Assembly (NCBI GenBank): GCA_033580375.1
Contig: GCA_033580375.1_4527.1
DNA: 64,000 bases
Strand: one strand, 5' to 3'
From: a phage
A program made the position numbers and the translations under genes. Under the pieces are notes generated by a model. The model was not told where the DNA came from. It saw only the letters and a program-made list of their open reading frames with translations, and made no database searches. Shown here one piece after another: positions 51,089 through 60,970 of the stretch; the first letter of the stretch is position 1, and every line of letters begins with the position of its first letter.

Positions 51089-52024
51089 TTATTCTGCAAA
51101 TAATTCAGTAACGTCTGAAATTACTTCATAACGACAAGTACGCATCTTAGCATCGCCATAGTCAACTGGGATAGATACAACATCGCGCGGATGAACTTTA
51201 ACCTTAACAACTTTATCTGAGCTAGAACCAAAGTAACGAATATATGATTTAGCGCAAACATGTAGACCACGGGAGCAGGTTTGCGTATCATCATCGTTAA
51301 CACGAGTACGAGGCATTGAAACAACTTTACCTGGTGAGTTATCAAATGTACCGCTATAGCAATCTAAATAATCTTTACGAACTACTTTCCACGCGTAGAA
51401 ATGCCCATCTTCAGTGATTTCAATATCATTTGCAACCAAGAAGTCGAATAAACGTTGTACAGCTTTTTCGCTCGGGTTTTCTAACAGGTTTTCAAGGAAC
51501 GGCAGATAGAATTTAAAGTCTTCGCCTTTTTCCATGGAATCAATAATACGATTAACCAGACCTGAACGAATTTCTATACCTTGATAAAATAAACTACCAC
51601 CTTCAATAGTAACATTACCATCAACAAACTTAGTAATAGCTTTCTTGACGTTAATAAGTTCAACAGCTTTACTAAGGTTTCCTGCGACCAGATTAGCTTT
51701 AATTTCTTCAAAATTTGCATGACTTGATGGGGTCGCATTGTATGCTACGCGTCCTTCAATGATTGAAATAAATTTAGATGACGCGTTCCATATGATTTCT
51801 GGACGATGTCCGCCGATAATAGGTTCATCATTTTCTGGGACCTGTTCTTCGTCTTCAAATTCAGCGGCTTTCTCTTCAGCTTTAAAATTCTTAACAATCT
51901 TACGAAGAGTATCTGTTGAAATGTCGAAGTAATCGGCAATTTCTTTACGAGTCCATTTGCCTGATTCAACCAGGCCATAAGCTTCTAACTGTTCTTCTTG
52001 GGGCAAGCATTTGATATTGTACAT
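51089..52024 (-). CDS. rIIB: rIIB membrane-associated protein
   Basis: 311-aa ORF (T4 rIIB is 312 aa), synteny rIIA-rIIB. Confidence 0.85.
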   Translation of the reverse strand: MYNIKCLPQEEQLEAYGLVESGKWTRKEIADYFDISTDTLRKIVKNFKAEEKAAEFEDEEQVPENDEPIIGGHRPEIIWNASSKFISIIEGRVAYNATPSSHANFEEIKANLVAGNLSKAVELINVKKAITKFVDGNVTIEGGSLFYQGIEIRSGLVNRIIDSMEKGEDFKFYLPFLENLLENPSEKAVQRLFDFLVANDIEITEDGHFYAWKVVRKDYLDCYSGTFDNSPGKVVSMPRTRVNDDDTQTCSRGLHVCAKSYIRYFGSSSDKVVKVKVHPRDVVSIPVDYGDAKMRTCRYEVISDVTELFAE

Positions 52025-52033
52025 AATGTTTCC

Positions 52034-54247
52034 TTATTTGGCTGCTTCCACAGCCTTCATGAATTTAACGATTTGAGCGACCTGTTCTTTGGAAAGAGTA
52101 CCACGTCGTCCCATGTATTCTGACACAATATGATAATTGGTTTCGAATTCAATAACCATTTTATCATCATTATCGTAAGCATTATCTTTAAGCTTATCGA
52201 AAATTTTAGCACACAATTCTAACTTTTTATTCAGTTCTCTGTTAGTAGCACCTGAGAATCGATTCCATCCCCAACGATTATTTACTGTTGAGAGTTTTGC
52301 AAAATCTTTACTGATTTCTTTGTTTTTAGAGCTAAAATACTTACTAAGGAAGTTAAGCTCTTCATTACGAGTAATATGATTCAAATAAGGTTGAGCTCTA
52401 CGACTTGGTGATACATACTCATCATAATCCACTTTATCGATTAGCGTAATATAGTCGTTAATTGATTTTTCGAACAAGCATTCTACTTCGCCAAGTTTAC
52501 GAACTTTCTTAGCAATCTGTGGACGAACTACAGTGAACTCTTTAATACCTGACAAATCAGCAATACGGGTCAAGAAATTGGAGTCATAGTTCAACCAACC
52601 TTTATCTGCGTCAAGACATTCAGCATTAGAACGATTACGAACTATAGCATAACCTTGGATTTCATCTGCTTCACTTGCCGGAATAAAGAGGTCTTCTGAT
52701 ACCCAAACATCGTTTTCATTCTTAAAGAATCGATGAGCACTTGGCGATTTAGGACGAGGCTCATTAGTCCGTTTCCTGACTTCAATCCATGGCTTAACGA
52801 TTTGTAAAAGCTCTGAAGTCTTGTACATGTTAATGTTGTCGCCATCAAAGATAACTTTAAGGCGTTCCAGAAGTTTCATTGCATCTTCGTCTGTAGGGTC
52901 AACGAATAGTACGCTTTTACCAAAACCGCGTGGAACTTTACCGGTTAATTTAACCTCGTCTTTAGACATTTCAATTGAATTAAGAGCTCGCATTAATGGA
53001 ACGCGTCCCTTAACGTCGTCAATAACAATTTCAACGTTTTTAATGTTAATGCCAATCAGGCTGTTAATTGAAATAGTTGATGATGAGCTACCACTTTCAC
53101 GAATACGACGAAGACGAGGGGATTCAACGATATCGTATACGACGCCAAGATTACACCACTCAGGCCCCATTTTAAAACGTTTGTACAACTCAGAATAAGT
53201 TAGTTGTTCTTTAGAGTATTTCAGTGATTCAATATTAGACCCGGCCTTTTCCATGTATTTACGAGCGGTATAACCAAGAGAATCAATTTCACGGAACACA
53301 TGACGTGGGTATTTACAATCAATCCATTTCTTAGAATCTTCAGCGAACAATTTAGCATCGATTTCTGCAACGCGTTTATGGATATTTGCTACTGTACGTT
53401 TATCAAATGACAACGCTTCACGAGACGGAGCTACATCTAGTTCACCCATAGGGAATTTAATATAAGCTGTAGTGCATCGCGTCATCATCCATGTTTGTTC
53501 TTTAATAACACTTCCGATTGGATATACAATACCGCCGTAAACAGCCATGATATTACCACGTTCACCCCATGGAGCTTCCTTGGCCAAATATACATCGTCA
53601 AATTCTGGGAAGTATTTGATATCTTTAACACCACGAACTTCTGCAATATCACCGAGAGGACGCATAACATAAGCAATTTCGGATGCGAACTTTTCAAAAT
53701 CTTCTGGGTTAACCGGCACAACTACTTCTACACCCGTACGGTCATCAGGGCCCATTTTATCTACGAAGGTTGGCTTAATTTGTGGACCTGTGTCATCTTG
53801 GTAGATTACGTAACCACGAACTTCGCCGTTGTGATAAGACGTAAGGTTAAACGTATCGGTATATGCTAGTGGAGCTTTAGAGCCTAGACCGAATCCACCA
53901 ATGAAATCGTTACTCGATGTTTTAGTTGAAGCAAAATATGAGTTATAGATTCCTGGCTCTTCGTCATTACCTCGAATAGTGAAATCACTCATACCAGGAC
54001 CAAAGTCTCGAACTACAAAGCGTGGGTCTAAACGACCTGGAGCCTGAACAATAAACTTATCAGTGCAACCATTAAGAATTTGTCCATCAATACAGTTTGT
54101 GATTAATTCACGTACACAAGCCAATTCTTTGTTTGTATAAAGGTCATTAGACAAAATCTTATAAACTTTACTATTGCCTTGAATAGTGAATGCCGTGCTC
54201 TTACCGCCTGAACCAATAATCGTTTCTTTAGCCGTTTCAATAATCAT
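52034..54247 (-). CDS. rIIA: rIIA membrane-associated protein
   Basis: 737-aa ORF with N-terminal GHKL-type ATPase-like region; size and synteny match T4 rIIA. Confidence 0.85.
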   Translation of the reverse strand: MIIETAKETIIGSGGKSTAFTIQGNSKVYKILSNDLYTNKELACVRELITNCIDGQILNGCTDKFIVQAPGRLDPRFVVRDFGPGMSDFTIRGNDEEPGIYNSYFASTKTSSNDFIGGFGLGSKAPLAYTDTFNLTSYHNGEVRGYVIYQDDTGPQIKPTFVDKMGPDDRTGVEVVVPVNPEDFEKFASEIAYVMRPLGDIAEVRGVKDIKYFPEFDDVYLAKEAPWGERGNIMAVYGGIVYPIGSVIKEQTWMMTRCTTAYIKFPMGELDVAPSREALSFDKRTVANIHKRVAEIDAKLFAEDSKKWIDCKYPRHVFREIDSLGYTARKYMEKAGSNIESLKYSKEQLTYSELYKRFKMGPEWCNLGVVYDIVESPRLRRIRESGSSSSTISINSLIGINIKNVEIVIDDVKGRVPLMRALNSIEMSKDEVKLTGKVPRGFGKSVLFVDPTDEDAMKLLERLKVIFDGDNINMYKTSELLQIVKPWIEVRKRTNEPRPKSPSAHRFFKNENDVWVSEDLFIPASEADEIQGYAIVRNRSNAECLDADKGWLNYDSNFLTRIADLSGIKEFTVVRPQIAKKVRKLGEVECLFEKSINDYITLIDKVDYDEYVSPSRRAQPYLNHITRNEELNFLSKYFSSKNKEISKDFAKLSTVNNRWGWNRFSGATNRELNKKLELCAKIFDKLKDNAYDNDDKMVIEFETNYHIVSEYMGRRGTLSKEQVAQIVKFMKAVEAAK

Positions 54248-54259
54248 ATTTTTCTCTCA

Positions 54260-54460
54260 TCACAAGTTACGTTTAAAAATTTCTGCTACTTCAAGAAGTT
54301 CTTCTTTAGTGGCTGTATCGGTTTGTATTTTATATCGAATTTCTTTAAAGCGTTCTTTAAAGGACTCTGCTGACTCGATATCAAAAAATCTTTGGATAAG
54401 CCGGAATTCCCGGAGCACTGCTTTATCAAAAAGTTCCAAGTCCACGTTATATGTTCTCAT
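54260..54460 (-). CDS. hypothetical protein (rIIA.1 position)
   Basis: 66-aa ORF with SD AAGAG. Confidence 0.5.
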   Translation of the reverse strand: MRTYNVDLELFDKAVLREFRLIQRFFDIESAESFKERFKEIRYKIQTDTATKEELLEVAEIFKRNL

Positions 54461-54552
54461 AATATTCTCTTCAGTAGATTCCTAGGGCACTATTACTAAA
54501 GACCATATAATCTATCATCTTATGTGTAATAGCGCCTCAGGCGATTCAGGAT

Positions 54553-55653
54553 TTACGCTGTGAAGATTTTATCCCACATTGCAACAACTGCATCTCGGTT
54601 ATACTTCTTCCATACTGCTTCAGCACGTTTAACTCGAGCTTCGTACGTGTCAGTGAATTCTAATACAGCTTTTGTGTAAAGCGCAACTACTTCTTTCTTA
54701 GGAGTAGAGGAATCAATTTCTACACGCACAGTATCTGGGTCATATTCGAATGTCGCATGCGGATAATCCTTAAAAACTAACTGAATTACAGGGACACCTT
54801 TAGAGATGGCTTCAATAGAACTATTCTCTACCGTACCCGTGTCAGGACACGTATTAATAAGTGCTTTAGCTGTTTTAAGACGTTCCATGATTTCACTGTG
54901 TGGAGCATCAATAATAACAGGATACTTAGCTGGTGGTGCCCATTTGCTTGGACAATAACCAATACCATTTTCGCCTAGTGCTTTAATCGCTTCAAGAGCA
55001 ACATCAGTACGACGCATCTTAGTGTCATAACGTTGAGCACTAATAATCAAATCAGTTGCTGGAAGAACTTCAGGTTTCTCATTCAAACAAATAACCGGAT
55101 AATCTTCGGCTTCAAACAACGGATTTGCTCGCCAATAATCATAATCAATTTTGTCAGTCAGACCCGAAGTCATATAACAATATTTACGTTCAAATTCACG
55201 GAAGGCTTTAGTAGGAGCATAACTCTTACCACCATTCTTATGAATTTGAATAGTCTGGTCCCAAATTTGAACAATGCCACGAGATACCGGTTCAAATGGT
55301 GTTGCCATAAAATTCTTATGAACTTTAGAGAGACCTGCGTCTTTAATTGCCTGAACGGTTAGTTTGGTCGGTTCCATTGTAACAACGAAATCGTACTCAT
55401 TAATGCCGGCTAGTTCAACAATCTTACGAGCCATAGTATAACTCATACCTAGACTGAATTTAGTCAGATGACCAACAGGATGGTGTGTAACTTTCCAATC
55501 ACCAAATGTGTCATTATCAAAACCAATATAATCAATATCAGCACCGATGGACACAAGATATTTCAACACATTTAAATGTACTGCTTCAAGACCACCTTGT
55601 ACACGCTCTGGGTTAAACGGGACTGCGCGAGATGGGATAAACATAACTTTCAT
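54553..55653 (-). CDS. putative GT-B fold glycosyltransferase (candidate DNA hydroxymethylcytosine sugar transferase)
   Basis: 366-aa ORF; C-terminal ...TGTVENSSIEAISKGVPVIQL resembles the nucleotide-sugar binding region of GT-B enzymes; occupies the rIIA-39 interval. Confidence 0.45.
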   Translation of the reverse strand: MKVMFIPSRAVPFNPERVQGGLEAVHLNVLKYLVSIGADIDYIGFDNDTFGDWKVTHHPVGHLTKFSLGMSYTMARKIVELAGINEYDFVVTMEPTKLTVQAIKDAGLSKVHKNFMATPFEPVSRGIVQIWDQTIQIHKNGGKSYAPTKAFREFERKYCYMTSGLTDKIDYDYWRANPLFEAEDYPVICLNEKPEVLPATDLIISAQRYDTKMRRTDVALEAIKALGENGIGYCPSKWAPPAKYPVIIDAPHSEIMERLKTAKALINTCPDTGTVENSSIEAISKGVPVIQLVFKDYPHATFEYDPDTVRVEIDSSTPKKEVVALYTKAVLEFTDTYEARVKRAEAVWKKYNRDAVVAMWDKIFTA

Positions 55654-55676
55654 AATTAAGCCTTATTAAAATTAAA

Positions 55677-55696
55677 ATGAAGCTCCCGAAGGAGCT
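55677..55696 (-). terminator. terminator/attenuator hairpin after gene 39
   Basis: AGCUCC-UUCG-GGAGCU overlapping the gene 39 stop, followed by UCAUUUUAAUUUUAAU. Confidence 0.45.
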
Positions 55697-57513
55697 TAGG
55701 ACATCCATTCTTTACGAAGTTCTGAATCATCACCCAACAACATTTCAAAGAGTTCTTTCCAATTTTCAGGAAGTTTAACTACGTCGTACACAGGGTTTTG
55801 AATCATTTCACGATATTCTGACTTTTCAAGGGAGCCCAATCCCTTGATGTATCGAATACTATGCTTAGGCAGTGTATCTTTAGCTTCTTCATACTCAGCT
55901 ACAGTATAAAACCATTTTTGAGATTTGCCAATTTGTGCAATAATTACAGGCGTTTTAACGAAGCGAATACGTCCTTGTTCAAACAATTCAGGCCAATTAC
56001 TAAAGAAAGCAAGCAAAGCCGGATAAATACTTCCAAGGCCGTCATGATCGGCATCGGTCATAATTGCAATATTACGATAGTTCGTATTCTCTGCCTTTTC
56101 ACCAAGAATAAGACCTGTGATAGCACAGATATCAAAGAGCTCTTTGTTCTTCATCATATCAGCATATGACATACCCCAGCTATTCATCACCTTACCACGT
56201 AATGGGAATCCACCGTGTAGTTCACGGTCACGAACATCAATGAGATAACCAATTGCCGAATCACCTTCTGTTAAAAACAATGTCGTATCTGCATCTTTAC
56301 CACATTGGTTAGCTTTAATATGCTTATGAACCTTAGCTTTAGTTGCCTTTTTAGCGGCTTTAGTTTCTGCAGCCTTTTCTGCCGCTAATTTACGAGCTAA
56401 TGCTGCTTCAACAATAGGCATAATCAAGGCTTCGTTTTTAAGAAGTGCCTGAGCAATTTTCTTAGCATCTAATTGGATATGATTACGAATATCACCATAC
56501 GTTGACGTTAAACGTTCTTTAGTCTGAGAATCAAAACGCATGTTACTCATGTCTCTAATAAACATCAACATTGTGAGGCATTCTTTAACACGAGCTTTAG
56601 TGACTTCAATACCCTTATATTTCTTTTTAATACCGGGCAAAAGATGTTCGCAGATATCATCCATTACACATTCAACATGATGACCACCATTTTTAGTATG
56701 GATGTTATTCACATAAGTTAAATGACGGAAGCCATCTGGTGATGTTGTGAATGCTATAGAGACTTTATCATTTTCTTGAATGATGTTATCTTCACCAAAT
56801 TGTTTAGCAAATCGTTTAAAATTGCCATCAACCTTTTTACCATTAAATGTGAACTTGATATCAGGATAAACGACTGCCAATGTTTGAAGTCGGTCTAAAG
56901 TAATATCTAAATAAATTTGAGATAAATTATGCTCTTCAAATGAAGTGAAATCAGGAGTGAAGATTACTTTAGTGCCTTTACCTTTAGATTTCTTAGAAGA
57001 CCATGATTTGTTTTCCATTCCGTTTGAACAGTTAACAGTGATTTCATTTTCACCATCTGACGTGATGCCTGTAAACAACGTAGAGAAGATATTAGTTAAA
57101 CTACTCCCGACGCCGTTCATACCACCAGTCTTGCGTTCAGAGTCATCACCAAAGTTACCACCGGCCTTTGGAATAGTCCAGGCTGCTACAGGCCCAGGAA
57201 TTTGTTCGCCCGTTTGGTCGGTAACTAAACCTTGAGGAATACCACGTCCGTTATCTTCCACCGAAACTTGATTATTTTTAATTTGCACATCAATTTTATT
57301 TGCAAACTTAAATGATGTACGAATAGCTTCATCAACCGAGTTGTCAATAATCTCATCGATTAATTTTACCAGACCAGGAACATATTCAACTTGTTGATAT
57401 TTACCAAACAAAAAACGTTCATGTGCTTCTTTAGCAGAAGAACCAATATACATACCACTACGTTTCTTAATATGTTCTACATCTGACAATACCTTAATTT
57501 CATTTTTAATCAT
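55696..57513 (-). CDS. 39: DNA topoisomerase II large subunit gp39 (uninterrupted 39+60 type)
   Basis: 605-aa ORF, GyrB-like ATPase N-terminus and Toprim region in one frame; SD GAGGAG. Confidence 0.9.
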   Translation of the reverse strand: MIKNEIKVLSDVEHIKKRSGMYIGSSAKEAHERFLFGKYQQVEYVPGLVKLIDEIIDNSVDEAIRTSFKFANKIDVQIKNNQVSVEDNGRGIPQGLVTDQTGEQIPGPVAAWTIPKAGGNFGDDSERKTGGMNGVGSSLTNIFSTLFTGITSDGENEITVNCSNGMENKSWSSKKSKGKGTKVIFTPDFTSFEEHNLSQIYLDITLDRLQTLAVVYPDIKFTFNGKKVDGNFKRFAKQFGEDNIIQENDKVSIAFTTSPDGFRHLTYVNNIHTKNGGHHVECVMDDICEHLLPGIKKKYKGIEVTKARVKECLTMLMFIRDMSNMRFDSQTKERLTSTYGDIRNHIQLDAKKIAQALLKNEALIMPIVEAALARKLAAEKAAETKAAKKATKAKVHKHIKANQCGKDADTTLFLTEGDSAIGYLIDVRDRELHGGFPLRGKVMNSWGMSYADMMKNKELFDICAITGLILGEKAENTNYRNIAIMTDADHDGLGSIYPALLAFFSNWPELFEQGRIRFVKTPVIIAQIGKSQKWFYTVAEYEEAKDTLPKHSIRYIKGLGSLEKSEYREMIQNPVYDVVKLPENWKELFEMLLGDDSELRKEWMS

Positions 57514-57549
57514 GTTGTCTCCTCGTTATGAAGGTATTCTATCATCCGA

Positions 57550-57576
57550 AATCTAAAGCAAAAAGGGCCGAAGCCC
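57550..57576 (-). terminator. intrinsic terminator
   Basis: GGGC-UUCG-GCCC followed by UUUUUGCUUUAG on minus strand. Confidence 0.5.
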
Positions 57577-58002
57577 TTATTTAAATTTAATTTTCTGAAG
57601 TGCATCAATTGCAGCCAAACGCCCTTGTTCACTTTTAACTGTAATGACCACATCGCCTGATATGATCACCGAACCATCAACAAATTCTATAGAGCCTTTT
57701 TTGAAACCGACAGCTGTATCTTGTTCCGGGACTTCTTCAAAGAATTTAAATTCTGCACCATAAAGCAGAATATCACCTTGCATACTATGAATAGTTCGGC
57801 CATAATCGCCTACGGCTTCTACAGCAATAACCGAAACGCCGTAACCAATCATCTCTTCCACAATAAAATCTTTGGACAATAAAGTAGTATGCAGATTAGT
57901 ATTAAGACGTTTACCAGTCGTATTAAGAATTCTCAAGAAATTATCTTCCTGTCCTTTGATAATACGGTATTTCTTGCCAATTTCAAAACCTTTAAAAGCC
58001 AT
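57577..58002 (-). CDS. hypothetical protein
   Basis: 141-aa ORF. Confidence 0.5.
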   Translation of the reverse strand: MAFKGFEIGKKYRIIKGQEDNFLRILNTTGKRLNTNLHTTLLSKDFIVEEMIGYGVSVIAVEAVGDYGRTIHSMQGDILLYGAEFKFFEEVPEQDTAVGFKKGSIEFVDGSVIISGDVVITVKSEQGRLAAIDALQKIKFK

Positions 58003-58004
58003 AA

Positions 58005-58184
58005 TTATCCCTTCTTAAGTAAGTCGTAAAAACCACCGTTCACATGTTTAGGAGCAGAAACCCGACGAGTAGACAGACGGTGACATTCAGGGCAAACATC
58101 GTTTTCTCGTTCAGAAATCCTTTTAATTTTTTCATATTCATGACCACAATCTTCAGATTGACATTTATAGTCGTATAACGGCAT
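58005..58184 (-). CDS. FmdB-like zinc-ribbon protein (59 aa), not in ORF track
   Basis: MPLYDYKCQSEDCGHEYEKIKRISERENDVCPECHRLSTRRVSAPKHVNGGFYDLLKKG; Cys pairs CxxxxC and CxxC; SD AAGGAA. Confidence 0.5.
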   Translation of the reverse strand: MPLYDYKCQSEDCGHEYEKIKRISERENDVCPECHRLSTRRVSAPKHVNGGFYDLLKKG

Positions 58185-58186
58185 TA

Positions 58187-58597
58187 TTATTCCTTAAAAT
58201 GTGCTTTCAACATTTGATACAAAGACCATGCCTGGTCGTTATTTTCGATAGTAATCGTCATCACCGGAAATTCGGTCAATTCATCAAGTTCTCCAGAGTC
58301 TTGCTCTTCAGACGCTTGATATGGATTTCCAACTTCATCAAAAAACTCTGCTTCACTAGTAGAGAGCCAGATAAAGTTTTCATCAAGAATATCACCACCA
58401 GTGGCGTATCCAACCATGCCAGTAGATGTCACAATTTTAGTAGGTCGTCCAAGATGGTCAACATCTAATACTTTAAATGGTTCCATGCCAAGACGTCGTG
58501 CATAAATCCCATTATCAGTGTGGTTTTTAATAAACTCTTCTTGGGCACGTTTATCTTTAAATTGGTACCATGAGTTAACGCGGAATTTATTAGCCAT
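58187..58597 (-). CDS. hypothetical protein
   Basis: Track ORF begins at TTG; trimmed to ATG (MANKFRV...) that overlaps the upstream stop by 1 nt. Confidence 0.5.
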   Translation of the reverse strand: MANKFRVNSWYQFKDKRAQEEFIKNHTDNGIYARRLGMEPFKVLDVDHLGRPTKIVTSTGMVGYATGGDILDENFIWLSTSEAEFFDEVGNPYQASEEQDSGELDELTEFPVMTITIENNDQAWSLYQMLKAHFKE

Positions 58598-58824
58598 TAG
58601 TAAGTTTCCTTCCAATAAGTTGTACCATTTTCAGTGATTTCACGGAAGATACCATAGATAGGCATTTCATCACCGAGTTTTTCGTAAACGTAAACCACTT
58701 CAGTGTAGCATAAAAATTCAGTCCAGTTTTTCTGTACAACAACTAAATCAGGATTAAATAGAACATCTTCAAACTCATCGATGTTTGAATCAGTAGTTAC
58801 GTTTTTAATGATTTGACGTTTCAT
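58597..58824 (-). CDS. hypothetical protein
   Basis: Track ORF trimmed to ATG (MKRQIIKNV...) with strong SD AAGAGGAG. Confidence 0.45.
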   Translation of the reverse strand: MKRQIIKNVTTDSNIDEFEDVLFNPDLVVVQKNWTEFLCYTEVVYVYEKLGDEMPIYGIFREITENGTTYWKETY

Positions 58825-58881
58825 AATATTCTCCTCTTGTTTTGATAGGTCTATAGTATCATAGCCCATAGTTGTTGTACA

Positions 58882-59406
58882 TCATTTTAGCAAAATAAAA
58901 TCAACTTGTTCTGCCAATGAACGTCTGAACATTAATTGACAACTTCCGAGGATGAAATCAGGTGCTTCATAGACCGCGATGTAGTATCCTTTAGCTTTCA
59001 AGAGTTCAACATCTACCTGGTCATCAAACCATGCATAAACCGCGTCAACACTTTCAAATCCAAAATAGAACCCTTGAGCCCAATCTTCACTCAATTCAAA
59101 TGTGTGCTCAATTCTATAGTATCTTAAGATATTTTTTTCAAGGAGTTTATCTTCATTTACTGTAGGACGATTAGGGACATTATAGTTGTCGCCGTGATGG
59201 TAGAAATTACCTGAGAGTATTCCATGTTTATCAAGGAACTCCCATGTTTCTTCAGAGTTGTCGGTGCCCGACCAACCGTATGGCGAACGAGGTTCTTTAT
59301 TCCAAGAGGTTTCCCAAATTCTGACGGCTTTACCGTCTTCAATAGCAATTCCTGGTAATGATTCACGTTGAGTACAAAAACTACGTTCTACGCGGTAAAC
59401 TAACAT
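58882..59406 (-). CDS. hypothetical protein
   Basis: 174-aa ORF with SD GGAGAA and its own early promoter. Confidence 0.5.
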   Translation of the reverse strand: MLVYRVERSFCTQRESLPGIAIEDGKAVRIWETSWNKEPRSPYGWSGTDNSEETWEFLDKHGILSGNFYHHGDNYNVPNRPTVNEDKLLEKNILRYYRIEHTFELSEDWAQGFYFGFESVDAVYAWFDDQVDVELLKAKGYYIAVYEAPDFILGSCQLMFRRSLAEQVDFILLK

Positions 59407-59432
59407 ATTATTCTCCTCTGGTTGATATGGTT

Positions 59433-59461
59433 ATAATATCAAAACCAGAGGAGAAGTAAAC
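59433..59461 (-). promoter_or_regulatory. T4-type early promoter
   Basis: Minus strand GTTTAC-N17-TATTAT. Confidence 0.5.
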
Positions 59462-59465
59462 AACT

Positions 59466-59885
59466 TTATGCGAAAGCAGCCGGGCTATATTTTTTAATTT
59501 GGAATTCAGGAACTACCATGAACTGACCAGCGAAAACGATGTTATAAAGCTTAACACCATCTTCTACCCAACGGTCGCTAATAAATCCGGCGATTTGCTT
59601 AGTTTTCCATGGCGTTCCATCGGTTGCCGCAGCAATAGTGAATTCGTGGTCTTTTTCAACAGAAACTGATCTGCATAGTCCCCATTTGAACGCTTTTTCT
59701 TCTGGTTCAATGAATTGGCTTGAGACGTAACCAATGTTGCCATCAGCATCACGAACTTTAACTTGATGTGGACTAAAGAGTCCACAACTTACAGAAAGAA
59801 CTTCAACCAACTTCCCAGCAACTTTAGAGCGAGAAGCAACAGGTACATATACGTAATCACCAATAGAGAGATTTGCAATATTCAT
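59466..59885 (-). CDS. hypothetical protein, tandem paralog 1 of 3
   Basis: 139 aa; shares N-terminal SRSKVAGKLVEV and C-terminal GFISDRWVEDGVKLYNIVFAGQF blocks with the next gene. Confidence 0.55.
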   Translation of the reverse strand: MNIANLSIGDYVYVPVASRSKVAGKLVEVLSVSCGLFSPHQVKVRDADGNIGYVSSQFIEPEEKAFKWGLCRSVSVEKDHEFTIAAATDGTPWKTKQIAGFISDRWVEDGVKLYNIVFAGQFMVVPEFQIKKYSPAAFA

Positions 59886-59894
59886 AATAATTCC

Positions 59895-60380
59895 TTAAGC
59901 TTTACGAGGAGACACATAACGAGTGATTTCGGATTCTTTAACAACTCTGAAGTCACCTAAGAATACGATATTGTATAACTTTTCACCATCTTCAACCCAT
60001 TGGTCACTAATGAAGCCACACATAGTATCAGTTTTGCTTGGATAACCGTATTCATCGATGAAGTCAAATTCTTTATCAGTCTGGAATTCAACACCTTTAC
60101 ACAAGGCCCATTTGAACTGTGCATTATGCTCTGTGGATTCAACTTTTTCTCTTGAAGCAAAAGCACTACTCACAGGCGTTTCCAAGAACTTTGCACGAAC
60201 ATAAGCAAATTTGGTTTCCTGTGTCCCAAAACTAGGAATAATACGAACTTTTACCTCAGAATCTTCATCTTTAACGCCTTCTTTAAGTTGAATACTTACA
60301 ACTTCGACCAATTTTCCTGCGGCTTTAGAACGAGATTTGTTAGATACGCGAACGATTTCACCAATAATACCAAGATTCAT
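59895..60380 (-). CDS. hypothetical protein, tandem paralog 2 of 3
   Basis: 161 aa; SRSKAAGKLVEV ... GFISDQWVEDGEKLYNIVFLGDF. Confidence 0.55.
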   Translation of the reverse strand: MNLGIIGEIVRVSNKSRSKAAGKLVEVVSIQLKEGVKDEDSEVKVRIIPSFGTQETKFAYVRAKFLETPVSSAFASREKVESTEHNAQFKWALCKGVEFQTDKEFDFIDEYGYPSKTDTMCGFISDQWVEDGEKLYNIVFLGDFRVVKESEITRYVSPRKA

Positions 60381-60412
60381 AATTTCTCTCTCTCTTTGTT
60401 TAAATTGAATTC

Positions 60413-60442
60413 ATTATACTCCGTCCATCCTTGGATGTACAA
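60413..60442 (-). promoter_or_regulatory. candidate early promoter
   Basis: Minus strand TGTACA-N17-TATAAT; shares CCAAGGATGG..GGAGTATAAT with the promoter at 60971-61000. Confidence 0.4.
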
Positions 60443-60444
60443 CA

Positions 60445-60939
60445 TTAATTAAGGATATTAACCACAGCACTACGTGGAACTACACTAAAATCACCTGCAT
60501 GAACAACGTTCAGAAGTTCAACACCGTCTTCAATCCACTGGTCAGTTACCCATCCATTTACTGGATAAGCGAACGGGCGTCGAATTGAAACATATTTACA
60601 CAGCAAATCAGTAGGCTCAATAGGCTTAATCAGAGTACCGTACATACAAGCGATATCCATATCAATACAGACGTCTTTAACGGGTTCTACTTCTTCAATC
60701 AACAGTTCAAAGTCGGTGCTTGGAAGGGCGGTAGTAGAAATTGTATCGTATGAATTTTTAATTTCTAAGAATAACCAAGGGCCTTCAGCTTGTTTGATGA
60801 AGTTAACAATAGTGAAACTATTACCTTGAGTGGCACCTAAAATTTCACAAAACTTTTCGTAAGCTCGCACTGAAGCACTGTACCAGTTGATTTGTTTTTC
60901 GTCTTTCAGGATGTAAGTAGCCGTAGTATTGATATTCAT
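60445..60939 (-). CDS. hypothetical protein, tandem paralog 3 of 3 (C-terminal domain only)
   Basis: 164 aa; C-terminal GWVTDQWIEDGVELLNVVHAGDF matches paralogs 1 and 2. Confidence 0.55.
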   Translation of the reverse strand: MNINTTATYILKDEKQINWYSASVRAYEKFCEILGATQGNSFTIVNFIKQAEGPWLFLEIKNSYDTISTTALPSTDFELLIEEVEPVKDVCIDMDIACMYGTLIKPIEPTDLLCKYVSIRRPFAYPVNGWVTDQWIEDGVELLNVVHAGDFSVVPRSAVVNILN

Positions 60940-60970
60940 AATGTTTTTCCTGTTTGGTTAAGATAGAAAG

